Assembly (NCBI GenBank): GCA_045605805.1
Contig: JAZUQR010000019.1
Span: forward strand, 1-17,113
Direction of reading: 5' to 3'
Length of the DNA stretch: 17,113 nucleotides
Source: Alphaproteobacteria bacterium
GTDB taxonomy: Bacteria; Pseudomonadota; Alphaproteobacteria; CAAHEQ01; UBA3637
The notes under the pieces are model-generated. The model searched no databases, had not been told where the DNA came from, and saw only the letters and a list, made by a program, of their open reading frames with translations. Both the position numbers and the translations under genes were made by a program. This document shows, piece after piece, positions 16,999 to 17,113 of this stretch (within the stretch, counting starts at the first letter, position 1; each line of letters opens with the position of its first letter).

Positions 16999-17113
16999 AT
17001 GAAAACAGCGATTATGTTGATGGGAATGATATGCATGGCCACTTCTGCGCTGGCGTTTGGTGGCGGTGGTGGGGGCCACGATTCCACAAAATATAATCGT
17101 CACAACCCTGGGG
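16999..17113 (+). CDS. Hypothetical secreted protein, 5' part only
   Basis: Manual translation gives MKTAIMLMGMICMATSALA|FGGGGGGHDSTKYNRHNPG: a Sec signal peptide with an A-L-A cleavage site. SD AGGGG lies 5 nt upstream, and the frame stays open to the window end. Confidence 0.75.
   Translation, partial: MKTAIMLMGMICMATSALAFGGGGGGHDSTKYNRHNPG

Noticed and set aside
16896-17087. 63-aa minus-strand ORF with a polyproline run (MESWPPPPPP...)
   Set aside because: It is the antisense of the poly-Gly secreted protein, which has a promoter, an SD and a signal peptide.

Overview
An AT-rich, very densely packed chromosomal fragment from an alphaproteobacterium. The assignment rests on CckA, mlaD-mlaD-DUF2155, IHF-beta and CTTGAC-type promoters. 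It is probably a reduced, fermentative, uncultured lineage (inference), and a sequencing-adapter remnant at bases 1-17 suggests the window starts at a contig end. Gene content in order: partial M48 (BepA-like) peptidase (-), two MlaD/MCE genes and DUF2155 (+), a D-lactate dehydrogenase-like gene, accD and ihfB (-), a complete nine-gene N-type ATPase operon atpD-C-Q-R-B-E-F-A-G with a Na+-type c subunit (-), a divergent NAD kinase (+), a type-2 TyrRS and a CckA-like hybrid kinase with no visible membrane anchor (-), accB-accC (+), and the start of a secreted protein behind a structured ~90-nt leader. No rRNA, tRNA, CRISPR or mobile element was seen. The best leads are the N-ATPase embedded in core genes behind a near-consensus housekeeping promoter, and the candidate RBS-sequestering RNA switch at 16909-16998.
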